Assembly: GCA_947569245.1 (NCBI GenBank)
Contig: CANORV010000001.1
Location: 1-61,381, forward strand
Source of the DNA: an uncultured Mycoplasmatota bacterium
Lineage (GTDB): Bacteria; Bacillota_I; Bacilli_A; RF39; UBA660
Direction: 5' to 3'
Length of the DNA stretch: 61,381 nucleotides
Position numbers and translations under genes: made by a program. Under the pieces are notes generated by a model. That model saw only the letters and a program-made list of their open reading frames with translations. It was not told where the DNA came from and did no database searches. How positions within the stretch are numbered: the stretch's first letter is position 1; every line of letters starts with the position of its first letter. Below, one piece after another: positions 9,384 to 18,019 of the stretch.

Positions 9384-10586
9384 TTAATCCATTGCATCTT
9401 TTAGACTAAGTAATGTAACACATTCAACGTGATAAGTATTAGCAAACATATCAAACAACTTTATTGAAATTATTGAATACTTTTCCTTTAAAATATTAAT
9501 ATCTCGTGCAAAAGTGCTAATATCACAAGAAGTATAAATAATATTCTTAGCACCAATTGTCATAATACTATCTATAGTTACTCTATCAAGACCACTTCTT
9601 GGTGGATCAACAATAATCAAATCGATATCTTTAAAATCATTTATTTTATCAGAAACTTTAGCACAAAAAAAACTAATATTATCAATCCCATTTATCTCTT
9701 TATTATAATTACAATCAAGAAAAGCTTCTTCTATTACTTCAATTCCTATAACAGAGTCTACATACTTACTAATTAAAATACCAATTGTTCCTGTACCACA
9801 ATATAAATCAAGTACCTTTTTACTTTCTACCTTACGAACAAGTGATGTAATATATCGATACATATCCATCATAACTAAGTAATTAACTTGAAAGAACGAT
9901 TTAGTCGATATTTTAAACTTATAATTATCTATTTTCTCTATTATAAACTTCCTATCAGTTATAAACTTACCATTATAAAATAAAACTGTTACCCTTTTTC
10001 TTAACAAATCCAAAATATCATTATCAATATGACCATTAATAACAACTAACATCTCACCAAAGTTACTTACCCTAATCATAACCTCTTTTGGAACTAAACT
10101 ACTCTTTATTAAAATAGCTATAACATCGTTTATCCTATCATTTAAAAGTAAACACTTATCTATCTTAACAACATTATTACTTTCTCTTTTATAAAAACCT
10201 AAATCATGTAAAACAACTTTATTTCGATAATTATATCTATCTTCATAAACAATATCATCAATAGTTAAATTAAAATCAATTCCTGCTTGATGCTTAAGTA
10301 TTTCTTTAACCTTTCTAACCTTAAACTCCAACTGATTAAAATATTTCTGATGTAATATATGACATCCACCACATTCATTATAATATAAACACTTAACTTC
10401 TTCTCTCTCAGGTGACAAAGAAACTAACTCTGTAATTCTAGCTCTTGAAAAATTAGCCTTTATATCTGTTAACTCCATTTTAATAACATCATCTTTTAAA
10501 GCTTTAGAAACAAAAACATTCTTATCATTTAATTTTACTATTCCATCACCAAAATAATCCTGTTTTAATACTTTTTTACATTCCAT
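9384..10586 (-). CDS. 23S rRNA (uracil-C5)-methyltransferase, RumA/RlmD family
   Basis: N-terminal TRAM-like region. Fe-S Cys cluster 'CLYYNECGGCHILH'. SAM motif 'VLDLYCGTGTIG', 'DPPRSG', and C-terminal 'FDMFANTYHVECV'. Confidence 0.85.
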   Translation of the reverse strand: MECKKVLKQDYFGDGIVKLNDKNVFVSKALKDDVIKMELTDIKANFSRARITELVSLSPEREEVKCLYYNECGGCHILHQKYFNQLEFKVRKVKEILKHQAGIDFNLTIDDIVYEDRYNYRNKVVLHDLGFYKRESNNVVKIDKCLLLNDRINDVIAILIKSSLVPKEVMIRVSNFGEMLVVINGHIDNDILDLLRKRVTVLFYNGKFITDRKFIIEKIDNYKFKISTKSFFQVNYLVMMDMYRYITSLVRKVESKKVLDLYCGTGTIGILISKYVDSVIGIEVIEEAFLDCNYNKEINGIDNISFFCAKVSDKINDFKDIDLIIVDPPRSGLDRVTIDSIMTIGAKNIIYTSCDISTFARDINILKEKYSIISIKLFDMFANTYHVECVTLLSLKDAMD

Positions 10587-10677
10587 AATAACCACCACTA
10601 AAAATTATACATTAAATTTATTATTCATACTAGTTTAAATAAAACTTTTTTTGTACATATTAAAAACAGGTGATAAA

Positions 10678-12108
10678 ATGGACAAACTAATAGACGAAAT
10701 AAAAATAAAAACAGGTAATAGCAAAGACTTAATTTATAAAAGTATAAAAATAAATAATAAAACTATTTATCTTGTATTTAGTGAAGTTTTAACTAGTGGA
10801 GAAGATATCAATAATTTTATCCTAAAAAACATCAGTAAAATTATCGATTTTAAAATAGATATTACAAATGGCCTATTTGAGTTTTTTTATAATTCAATAC
10901 CGAGCCATAACGTAAGTAAAGTTAGTAATATTGATGAAATTCTAGATAAAATTTTTAATGGCTATGTTGTTTTTATCGAAGAAAATAATTATTTTGCTAT
11001 GGAAATGAGAGCTTCTCTTGATAGAGGTGTTTCAAATGTTGTTAATGAAATTAGTCTACGTGGTCCAAAGGATGCTTTTACTGAAAATTTTAACAAAAAT
11101 TTAGGTCTATTAAGAAGAAGAATCAAATGTCCCAGTCTCTTTGTTAAAGATTTAGAAATTGGTAAACAAACAAAAACCAAAGTAGGTATTGCCTATATGA
11201 ATAATATTTGTAAAATTAAAAATGTCGATCTTATTTTAGAAAAATTATCTTCTATAAATATCGATGGTATAATTGATGCCAGCTATTTAAAAGACTATCT
11301 ATCAAGCCCTAAAAATCTTTTTCCTACTGTTGTATCAACAGAAAGAGTCGATGTGGCAAGTCAAGCTTTACTTGAGGGAAAAATAGTTATTATAACAGAT
11401 AACAGTCCATATTGCTTAATTCTACCTTCTTTCTTTATCGATTTTTTTCATACACCAGATGACTATTATCAAAAGGAAATAAGCATCTCATTTTTAAGAA
11501 TAATTAAACTAATAGCATTTTTAATTGCCTGTTTTCTGCCTGCCTACTATATTGCTATAACTACTCATAATCACGATGCTATAAGTACCAATTTACTATT
11601 GAATTTTATTTCTCAAAGACAAAATGTCCCCTTTCCAGCTTTAGTTGAAGCTCTTCTTATGACAATTTCTTTCGAAATCCTAAAAGAAAGTGATTTACGT
11701 ATGTCTTCTACTATGGGAACAGCTGTTTCCATTCTTGGTGGCTTAATTTTAGGAGATGCCTTAGTATCAGCAGGTATTGTTTCTCCTATTATGATTATTG
11801 TCGTTGCAACTAGTATGATTTCAGGTTTAATTTTTTCATCAGTTGATTTAACTTCTGCTATTAGATTTTATAGAATTATGTTAATGATACTAGCAGCATC
11901 CCTTGGATTATATGGAATATTTATAGGTGGAATGTTTCTAATAATCCATCTTGTATCTTTAAAGACCTTAGAAGAAGATTATCTAGCACCATTTTCCCCT
12001 TTAATTGAAAAAGAACAAAGAGATGCAATTATCAAAACAAATAGTAAAGTAAAATACCGTAATCCCTTACTAACTGATAAAAATAAAGTGAAAGGACGAA
12101 GAAAATGA
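10678..12108 (+). CDS. spore germination protein, GerA-family A subunit
   Basis: 'LRGPKDAFTENFNKNLGLLRRRIK' is the GerA-family signature region. The C-terminal part has membrane helices. Start at MDKLIDE (GGTGA RBS). Confidence 0.85.
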   Translation: MDKLIDEIKIKTGNSKDLIYKSIKINNKTIYLVFSEVLTSGEDINNFILKNISKIIDFKIDITNGLFEFFYNSIPSHNVSKVSNIDEILDKIFNGYVVFIEENNYFAMEMRASLDRGVSNVVNEISLRGPKDAFTENFNKNLGLLRRRIKCPSLFVKDLEIGKQTKTKVGIAYMNNICKIKNVDLILEKLSSINIDGIIDASYLKDYLSSPKNLFPTVVSTERVDVASQALLEGKIVIITDNSPYCLILPSFFIDFFHTPDDYYQKEISISFLRIIKLIAFLIACFLPAYYIAITTHNHDAISTNLLLNFISQRQNVPFPALVEALLMTISFEILKESDLRMSSTMGTAVSILGGLILGDALVSAGIVSPIMIIVVATSMISGLIFSSVDLTSAIRFYRIMLMILAASLGLYGIFIGGMFLIIHLVSLKTLEEDYLAPFSPLIEKEQRDAIIKTNSKVKYRNPLLTDKNKVKGRRK

Positions 12109-13175
12109 AAAAAATCCTACTATTATTAATAACTTTAATAAGTTCATTATTTTTAACTGGATGTATAAATTACACAGAACTAAATGAACTTTTAGTAGTA
12201 ACATCTATTGGAATAGATTATCAAGATGATAACTACATCGTATATCTTTATACAATAGATAGCAAAACAGATGATGGTTCAATTGAAAAAGAATATAAAA
12301 CATTAAAAGAAAAAGCTTCTACTATATCAGAAGCATTTACAAAATTGTATCAAAAATCAAACAAAAAAATATATCTTTCTCACCTCGACTTACTAGTTTT
12401 AAGTGAATTTACTTTAAAAACAGACTTAAGCAAAGTAATAAAGTCCTTTCTCTATGACATTGATAATAGAAGTAGTTTTAATATAATAACAACTAATAAT
12501 ATCGAAAAATTATTTCAAGTAGATGACTTTCCAAATAAAGTAACTAGTATTTTTACAACTAATCAAAAGGAAATGAGCTCATATACTTCACTAAATTTTG
12601 ACACCTTTATAACAAATGTAATCGAAAATAATACTATTATTGTTCCAAAAATAACAGTAAATACTAAAAACAATAATCAAAATAATAAAACAAATAACGA
12701 AAATACTAAGCAAGAAGACGAAGAAGAAACGAATGTATTATCAGAAGAAGATATAATATACCAAGAAAGTATTATTGTAAAAGAAAATAATATAGAAAAA
12801 ATAAATTACCAAGATGTAATTATCTATAATTATTTAACAAATAATATAAAAAGAACAACAATTAACAAAATCAATGTTTTAGATAACTACACCGTTTTAA
12901 AAACAGAAAATAACAAGATTAAAATAAATATAATAAGTAATATTTATGATAAAGATCAAAAAAAATTTCCTGAAATGCTAAAAAAGGAAATAAATAGATT
13001 TTTAGATACTTATTACAAAGATAAAAAAATAGATATTTTAAATTTAGAAAAACTTATCTATCAAAATCATTATAATTATTATAAAAAATATCAAGATGAT
13101 TTGATAAATCTTTTAGATTTTAAAATAGATTTAAAAGTAAGTTTAGTAGATACGGAGGTAACATATGAAAAATAA
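12105..13175 (+). CDS. Ger(x)C-family germination lipoprotein
   Basis: Lipobox 'LFLTGC' followed by 'ELNELLVVTSIGID'. ATGA overlap with the A subunit gene. Confidence 0.8.
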   Translation: MKKILLLLITLISSLFLTGCINYTELNELLVVTSIGIDYQDDNYIVYLYTIDSKTDDGSIEKEYKTLKEKASTISEAFTKLYQKSNKKIYLSHLDLLVLSEFTLKTDLSKVIKSFLYDIDNRSSFNIITTNNIEKLFQVDDFPNKVTSIFTTNQKEMSSYTSLNFDTFITNVIENNTIIVPKITVNTKNNNQNNKTNNENTKQEDEEETNVLSEEDIIYQESIIVKENNIEKINYQDVIIYNYLTNNIKRTTINKINVLDNYTVLKTENNKIKINIISNIYDKDQKKFPEMLKKEINRFLDTYYKDKKIDILNLEKLIYQNHYNYYKKYQDDLINLLDFKIDLKVSLVDTEVTYEK

Positions 13176-14223
13176 ATATAGCATGTTTTCTTTTGATACC
13201 CTAACATTCTTTTTAATTGCATCTTTAAGTAGTAACATAGGATATCTTACTTTTATTAAAGATACTAAAATAGATACTATTTTTTTAATTTTAATTGGTT
13301 CTGTTTTAGGCTTAATTCCTATTTACATTTATAATAAAATAATTTCTTATAATGAGGATAGAAATATCATTGAAAATATTGAATATCTTTTTCCTAAAAT
13401 AAATTTATTTATAAAAATTATTTTAATTATAACAAGTTTTTTAATTATGTGTATCTCTTTAAAAGAAATATCTAGCTTTATAAATATTTACTTACTAAAA
13501 AATACTAATACCCTTTTCATTAGCTCTATCTTTCTTCTTTTAGTATTATATACATCTAGTAAAGGAATAAATACAATTGTAAAAGCAAGTACAATATGTT
13601 TCTATCTTTTTGTTTTTATAAATATTTTATCAATTGTAGGAACCATAAATTTAGTAGATTTAAATAATTTAAAACCTCTTTTTATAAGTAATAAAATATC
13701 TCTTTTAATTGATAGTGTTATTTATTCATTTTTATCTACCTCTCCTCTTTTTATGTTAAGTATTATTAAAAAGAAAGATTTAAATAAAAAAAATTATTTA
13801 AAAAGTAATCTTTATAAAACATATATTTTTACTTCAATTTTCATCGTTATAGAATTTATTTTTACACTTGGAATATTAGGTATCACTCTTTTAAATATAT
13901 ATAAATATCCTGCTATTAATATTTATAAAAAGATATCATTTTTAAATATTTTTGAACGAGTTGAATCATTTTTTGCTATAAAGTTTTTATTTTATTCTTT
14001 TTTCTTAATTTCTATATCTCTCATCTTTGTTTTACATTTATCAAAAAGTTTATTAAAAAACAAGAAAAAAGATAACCTACTACTTGCAAGTTATTTTCTC
14101 TTAATTATATTTATAAGTTTCTTTTGTAAGTTTGATTTTTCTATTTACTTAATATCTTCATATTTATTAGGTATCTTTATTCCTATTATTATTTATATTA
14201 AAATGATTATTTTAAGTAAATAA
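13165..14223 (+). CDS. spore germination permease, GerA-family B subunit
   Basis: About 10 predicted TM helices over 352 aa. Overlaps the C subunit gene by 11 nt. Third gene of the ger operon. Confidence 0.75.
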   Translation: MKNKYSMFSFDTLTFFLIASLSSNIGYLTFIKDTKIDTIFLILIGSVLGLIPIYIYNKIISYNEDRNIIENIEYLFPKINLFIKIILIITSFLIMCISLKEISSFINIYLLKNTNTLFISSIFLLLVLYTSSKGINTIVKASTICFYLFVFINILSIVGTINLVDLNNLKPLFISNKISLLIDSVIYSFLSTSPLFMLSIIKKKDLNKKNYLKSNLYKTYIFTSIFIVIEFIFTLGILGITLLNIYKYPAINIYKKISFLNIFERVESFFAIKFLFYSFFLISISLIFVLHLSKSLLKNKKKDNLLLASYFLLIIFISFFCKFDFSIYLISSYLLGIFIPIIIYIKMIILSK

Positions 14224-14838
14224 TTATTGTATACTACAAACATACGCTGACTCTTCTAGAGTCTTTTTTACTTCATTTATATCATCATTCAATTTAATAC
14301 TAGACATTATTTTTTCTATTCCATTTGGAGTTTGTAAATCAATATCTTTAAAACTATTTAAATCAAATATTTCATTTGTTGTAAACTGTGTTTCATTATC
14401 AACTGTACATACTTTAGTATATCCAGCTATTCCCATATAAGTAGTTGGTGTCTTTTCACATGATGCTTTTTTCATATCTCTTGTTTCTTGATTAGTTGAA
14501 CCTGCTACTACATAGTTTTCAATGTAAGAATTAATTACTGTATGCACCTTGTTATCAGAATATTGAATGCTTTTTTCTATATTATTAGTATAACCTGTTG
14601 TATCAGACTCTCTTTTACTACAAACAAGTACCCCTGTTTGTTTAATTTCACCAGTTGGACTGGGACTTGATGTTATAGTAGGACTAGGACTTGGTGTTGG
14701 ATTTACATTACCCTCTATATATTCATCTTTTGGAATTAATATTCGTAAAACTGGTGGTAAAACAGCTATTAAAGTTAAAATTACTATTCCTAAAATGCAA
14801 AGTATCCACTGACCTGTCGTTATTTTTAATTTATTCAT
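14224..14838 (-). CDS. membrane-anchored protein with Pro/Thr/Ser linker
   Basis: N-terminal TM 'WILCILGIVILTLIAVL' followed by 'PTPSPSPTITSSPSPTG'. The rest is unassigned. Confidence 0.55.
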   Translation of the reverse strand: MNKLKITTGQWILCILGIVILTLIAVLPPVLRILIPKDEYIEGNVNPTPSPSPTITSSPSPTGEIKQTGVLVCSKRESDTTGYTNNIEKSIQYSDNKVHTVINSYIENYVVAGSTNQETRDMKKASCEKTPTTYMGIAGYTKVCTVDNETQFTTNEIFDLNSFKDIDLQTPNGIEKIMSSIKLNDDINEVKKTLEESAYVCSIQ

Positions 14839-14944
14839 ATTATCCCTCTTCTTCTATTTTTATAAGATTATTTTATCATATAAATAAAAATGTGAAAAGT
14901 ATTTTAAAAGTTATAATTCAAAAAAGTACGTTATATACGTACCT

Positions 14945-15883
14945 TTATTTTCGTAAATATAGTTTGTTACCTTTTTTTAATTGAATTATGTATTTACCGT
15001 CATAATTACATGTAAAAATATGCTTAATTAATGATATATCTGGATTTTCTTCTTGATTATCTTCACCAGCATCATCACTTTTTTTAGGATAAACTTTAGT
15101 CCATGAATCATTACTTGCTATATAATAATTATCTATTTTATACCAAGTATAATTATCAGTATTGTTATCTTTTATAATTTCTTGATAATTGTAAATTCCT
15201 CTTTTTATATAGCCAACTACACGTGAATTAACACTAGGACCACTTCTAAAGCGTAAATCATCAACTATAACTTCTATTTGATTTTTATCTAAATCTCTAG
15301 CAACAGGATTTATTAAAACCTTAGCATCTTTTGGTAAATCAATCCATGTTATATAACCGCCCCATAATTCTTTAGTAAAATCACGATCAATAAAAAAGAC
15401 ATCTTCTGGTTTTTTTGTATCACCAGTTATAACCCATTTACCTAATGAATTTTTAATTAAAGAATCACTATACCCTCTACCAGCTGTCAAATGAATGTGA
15501 TTTGCACTTGCCCCATCAGTTCCTTCATAGCAAATAATATCACCACGTCTAAATTTGTCTCCGACTTTTTTTCCTTTCAAATCACTATCATTAAAATGAG
15601 TCAAAGTCATAAAAGCAATATCTTTAAATGTTGGAGTCACAACTTTTGATGTTGATACTAACCAAACAGTATTGGTATCCTTATTTCCAATTCCACGAAT
15701 TGCTGTGATTTTCATTTCATCACAAGGACAATATATAGCATCTCTTGAAGTATCTTTACCAGCTTCATCTATTGGATAATCTTTTGGACTTCCTGTTGTA
15801 TGTTCTCTGTGAGAAACAGATCCTATATAGTTTTGAGTTATTCTCATATTTTTTAAAGGATATGTCATATAATTATCATTCAT
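14945..15883 (-). CDS. endolysin-like peptidase (M23/LytM-like N-terminal domain plus C-terminal SH3b-like domain)
   Basis: 'HREHTTGSPKDYPID' (HxxxD-like) and 'ANHIHLTAG' (HxH) motifs. 'RFRSGPSVNSRVVGYIKRG' is SH3b-like. No signal peptide. Overlaps the holin-like ORF by 8 nt. Confidence 0.6.
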   Translation of the reverse strand: MNDNYMTYPLKNMRITQNYIGSVSHREHTTGSPKDYPIDEAGKDTSRDAIYCPCDEMKITAIRGIGNKDTNTVWLVSTSKVVTPTFKDIAFMTLTHFNDSDLKGKKVGDKFRRGDIICYEGTDGASANHIHLTAGRGYSDSLIKNSLGKWVITGDTKKPEDVFFIDRDFTKELWGGYITWIDLPKDAKVLINPVARDLDKNQIEVIVDDLRFRSGPSVNSRVVGYIKRGIYNYQEIIKDNNTDNYTWYKIDNYYIASNDSWTKVYPKKSDDAGEDNQEENPDISLIKHIFTCNYDGKYIIQLKKGNKLYLRK

Positions 15884-16238
15884 ATTTTATTTCCTCTAAT
15901 ACTTCAGTATTATCTTTTTTACTGTTTGAAGACGAATTATTATCAGTTGTTGATTTCTTTAAATCTCTAAAAGATGTAAGTTTTCCTTCTAAAGATTTAT
16001 AAATTGTATCAGCACCTAAATAACTAAATAAACCAACCCAAAAACTATATTTTATATCGATATCTGTAAAAGTAATAGTAAATATTACACCTAAAATCAT
16101 ATTTATAACAAAACTATATAAACAAACATGCTTACTACATTTTAAACAGGCCTTTGTTTTTTGGATTAAAGAAACAGATATAGTAGAACTAGTTGTAGCA
16201 ATTAACAGTAAATTTTCTAATAACCGCCATTTAATCAT
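15876..16238 (-). CDS. holin-like small membrane protein
   Basis: 120 aa with three hydrophobic segments and a charged C-terminal tail. Sits immediately upstream of the endolysin-like gene and overlaps it. Confidence 0.5.
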   Translation of the reverse strand: MIKWRLLENLLLIATTSSTISVSLIQKTKACLKCSKHVCLYSFVINMILGVIFTITFTDIDIKYSFWVGLFSYLGADTIYKSLEGKLTSFRDLKKSTTDNNSSSNSKKDNTEVLEEIKYE

Positions 16239-16294
16239 TTTCCATCACCCATCCATATTATATTCAAAAATATAAATATAGTATGGATAAGTAC

Positions 16295-16654
16295 CTAGAG
16301 TTTTAAATTATTTTCTATCATTAAAATAAATCTTTTAGGATCTTCTAGTATTTTTGAATATAAATGTGTATGTTTTCTAAGTTCTAATAAAAACTCTGCT
16401 TCAGATGAAACCATACTAAATGAATATTCTCTACCATCATCTGTTTTTATTTTATAATTTTTGCCAAGAAAATAATTTATATCTACTTCTAAGGCATAAG
16501 CTATTTCAGTTAGTTTTTCATATGTTGGTTTCTTCTTACCACTTTCATAACCACTGATGCTTGCTTTTGAAACACCTATTTTATCTGCCAAAGCTTGTTG
16601 TGTAAGACCACTTTTCTTTCGTAAAACACGTAACCTATTTCCTAAAACCAACAT
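16295..16654 (-). CDS. XRE-family helix-turn-helix transcriptional regulator
   Basis: 'LRVLRKKSGLTQQALADKIGVSKASISGYESGKKKP' is a canonical Cro/CI-type HTH. Confidence 0.85.
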   Translation of the reverse strand: MLVLGNRLRVLRKKSGLTQQALADKIGVSKASISGYESGKKKPTYEKLTEIAYALEVDINYFLGKNYKIKTDDGREYSFSMVSSEAEFLLELRKHTHLYSKILEDPKRFILMIENNLKL

Positions 16655-16756
16655 AAAATCACACTCCGATACCTTTTAGATATCTAGATTATAGATTAAA
16701 TGAATAATATATACTCAGAAGTTAACCAAAGATAAACTTTTTTAACTTATTTTATG

Positions 16757-16784
16757 TTGCATTTATTACAAAATATGATAAAAT
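16757..16784 (+). promoter_or_regulatory. candidate sigma-A promoter for tRNA-Thr
   Basis: TTGCAT, 16-nt spacer, TG-n-TAAAAT, ending about 15 nt before the tRNA 5' end. Confidence 0.4.
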
Positions 16785-16799
16785 TATATTGTGCTAAAG

Positions 16800-16873
16800 G
16801 CCGATTTAGTTTAGTGGTAAAACAGATGCATGGTAAGCATCAGAGGACTGTTCAATTCAGTCATTCGGCACCA
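16800..16873 (+). tRNA. tRNA-Thr (anticodon GGU), encoded CCA
   Basis: Hand-folded cloverleaf. Acceptor GCCGATT/ATTCGGC (one mismatch). D stem GTTT/AAAC. Anticodon stem GATGC/GCATC with loop ATGGTAA. T arm GACTG-TTCAATT-CAGTC. 3' ACCA. Confidence 0.85.
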
Positions 16874-16893
16874 GATTGATAGGAAACTCGAAC
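16868..16893 (+). repeat. direct repeat copy 1 (tRNA 3' end plus 20 nt), att-like
   Basis: GCACCAGATTGATAGGAAACTCGAAC. It matches 22389-22414 at 24 of 26 positions. Confidence 0.7.
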
Positions 16894-16912
16894 TTCGAGT
16901 AACAATAGAAAG

Positions 16913-16935
16913 CGACTTGTCAAAAAGTCGTTTTT
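16913..16935 (+). terminator. rho-independent terminator after tRNA-Thr
   Basis: CGACTT-GTCAAA-AAGTCG followed by TTTTT. Confidence 0.5.
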
Positions 16936-16949
16936 GTGATATTATGGAT

Positions 16950-17063
16950 ATGTCAAGGAAACTTGCATAAAATAAAAAAGGGAATACTTAACCTTTCCAT
17001 GTTGAGTGTTCGCCAAAGATTTGGTTAGCACTTAATCTACGAAAGTAAATTGAGTGCTTTTTT
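16950..17063 (+). ncRNA. putative small RNA convergent with the 27-aa toxin-like ORF (candidate type I antitoxin)
   Basis: Promoter-like TTGTCA, 17-nt spacer, TG-n-TATTAT (16917-16945). Terminator AGCACTTAAT..ATTGAGTGCT plus T-run (17027-17063). Transcript ends are inferred, not observed. Confidence 0.3.
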
Positions 17064-17077
17064 CTTATGATAGTTTA

Positions 17078-17161
17078 CTATATTACAAAAGTAAAAAGTA
17101 AGGCTATGAGTAAGAAGATAATTAGAATAAGAGAAAGAATCAAAAAATCTTTCTTATGCAT
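17078..17161 (-). CDS. 27-aa hydrophobic peptide, type I toxin-like (MHKKDFLILSLILIIFLLIALLFTFVI)
   Basis: AGGAGG sits 8 nt upstream of the ATG. Single predicted TM helix with a charged N-terminus. Strong promoter upstream. Absent from the ORF track because it is too short. Confidence 0.5.
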   Translation of the reverse strand: MHKKDFLILSLILIIFLLIALLFTFVI

Positions 17162-17224
17162 ATCATCAGCCTCCTTTCACATGAAAGTTGGCAAGCACTC
17201 AACGATTAAGTATTCCTAGTGTTA

Positions 17225-17253
17225 ATTATATCAAGATATTTATTTTATAACAA
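17225..17253 (-). promoter_or_regulatory. candidate sigma-A promoter for the toxin-like ORF
   Basis: Minus strand reads TTGTTA, 17-nt spacer, TG-n-TATAAT. The predicted start falls at the inverted-repeat arm AGGAATACTTAATCG. Confidence 0.5.
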
Positions 17254-17258
17254 TATTA

Positions 17259-17313
17259 TTTACTAAATTCTGACAATTTAGTAAAAACACACTTGCAAAT
17301 TGACATATTCAAT
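17259..17313 (+). repeat. 5' box copy A (conserved sequence upstream of a cargo gene) with hairpins
   Basis: TGACAATTTAGTAAAAACACACTTGCAAATTGACATATTCAAT is about 85% identical to 22491-22531. It is preceded by a perfect 11-bp inverted repeat, TTTACTAAATT/AATTTAGTAAA. Confidence 0.6.
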
Positions 17314-17331
17314 TAGAGAGAAGTGATAACT

Positions 17332-17889
17332 ATGGCTTGTGCAACAATACATTTAGCAATAGCTAAAAAATATTTAAATAAACACGAAGAATTAAATTAT
17401 GAAAAGGTAATTGCAGGGACACTTTATCCAGATGCAGCAGAAGATAATGATAAATCACATTATACTGATATTAATCGTGGTAATGATAATATAAGCCATG
17501 TACGTGGGAAAGTAAATTTATATGCATTTTTAAATGAGCATAAATATTTGGATGATTTTGAGCTGGGTTGGTTCTTACATTTAGTAACAGACTATCTATT
17601 CTTTGAAGAATGTTTTACAGAAGAATATTTATTAAATAATAGCTATAAAGATTTTTGTAAAGATTTGTATTTTGCTTATGATCATTTAAATCTTTATTTA
17701 TCTAAAAAGTATGATATTACAGAAAATGATTACAAAAACTATTCTAGTGAGTATTATCCAGGGAAAAAATATCAAGATTGCATTTTGCCTAAAGAGATGA
17801 TTGATGAGTTTATAGATAGAGTTTCTAATATTGATTTGGATAAATATATTGAGAAAATTGAAAAATATCAAAGTAATATAAAACCATAA
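17332..17889 (+). CDS. hypothetical protein, possibly zinc-dependent phospholipase C/P1-nuclease-fold hydrolase
   Basis: His/Asp pattern 'ATIHLAIA', 'LYPDAAED', 'SHY', 'FLHLVTDY' recalls the Zn-dependent PLC family. The assignment is weak. Start at ATG 17332. Confidence 0.35.
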   Translation: MACATIHLAIAKKYLNKHEELNYEKVIAGTLYPDAAEDNDKSHYTDINRGNDNISHVRGKVNLYAFLNEHKYLDDFELGWFLHLVTDYLFFEECFTEEYLLNNSYKDFCKDLYFAYDHLNLYLSKKYDITENDYKNYSSEYYPGKKYQDCILPKEMIDEFIDRVSNIDLDKYIEKIEKYQSNIKP

Positions 17890-17907
17890 AAGTTGTTGAA
17901 CGTCCTT
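17888..17907 (+). repeat. 3' box copy A
   Basis: AAAAGTTGTTGAACGTCCTT is identical to 23249-23268. It begins within the stop codon of the cargo gene. Confidence 0.6.
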
Positions 17908-17963
17908 CCTTAGGGCACCATTGAGCAATCTATTCTAACTTTTGTTAGATTTAAACATATAGT

Positions 17964-17990
17964 ATCAACTTCAAAAGAAGTTGATTTTTT
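17964..17990 (+). terminator. rho-independent terminator
   Basis: ATCAACTTC-AAAA-GAAGTTGAT followed by TTTTT. Confidence 0.6.
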
Positions 17991-18019
17991 GTATTTAAGA
18001 AAAGAAAGGATAGATTTAG

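Larger units (their letters stand above)
14945..16654. mobile_element. prophage-like remnant or domesticated lysis cassette (XRE regulator, holin, endolysin)
   Basis: Three phage-type genes with no structural, replication or integrase genes, abutting tRNA-Thr. Confidence 0.4.

Noticed and set aside
12655-12740. Asn/Gln/Glu-rich low-complexity insert (NTKNNNQNNKTNNENTKQEDEEE) in the GerC-family lipoprotein
   Set aside because: This is compositional low complexity, common in very AT-rich genomes. The frame is intact and nothing points to a separate feature.
14221-14226. Convergent germination permease gene and PT-linker gene ending stop-to-stop with zero intergenic bases (TAA then TTA)
   Set aside because: Unusual but probably trivial. 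No hairpin spans the junction and I see no functional implication beyond possible transcriptional interference.
14640-14700. Short DNA-level periodicity (GGACTGGGACTTGATG.. / GGACTAGGACTTGGTG..) on the plus strand
   Set aside because: It is simply the coding sequence of the PSPSPT-type linker of gene 14224-14838, not an independent repeat element.
16917-16945. Whether TTGTCA..TATTAT is a real promoter, given that its -35 lies in the loop of the tRNA terminator hairpin
   Set aside because: Not fully rejected. It is kept only as a low-confidence part of the type I TA hypothesis, because the same bases are equally well explained as the tRNA-Thr terminator.
17888-17907. Possibility that the 3' box is an integron attC site, since GTTGAAC fits the GTTRRRY core
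   Set aside because: No IntI-type integrase is in the window. No matching RYYYAAC/L''-L' palindrome partner with attC architecture was found after either copy. A 7-nt degenerate core is expected by chance in AT-rich DNA. The cassette-like observation stands, but not as an integron.
17698-17928. Antisense or alternative ORFs within the island genes (17698-17928, 18229-18417, 18436-18657, 19748-19951, 23896-24081, 26349-26543, 26706-26939, 31033-31236)
   Set aside because: Same reasoning as above: shadow ORFs opposite motif-bearing genes.
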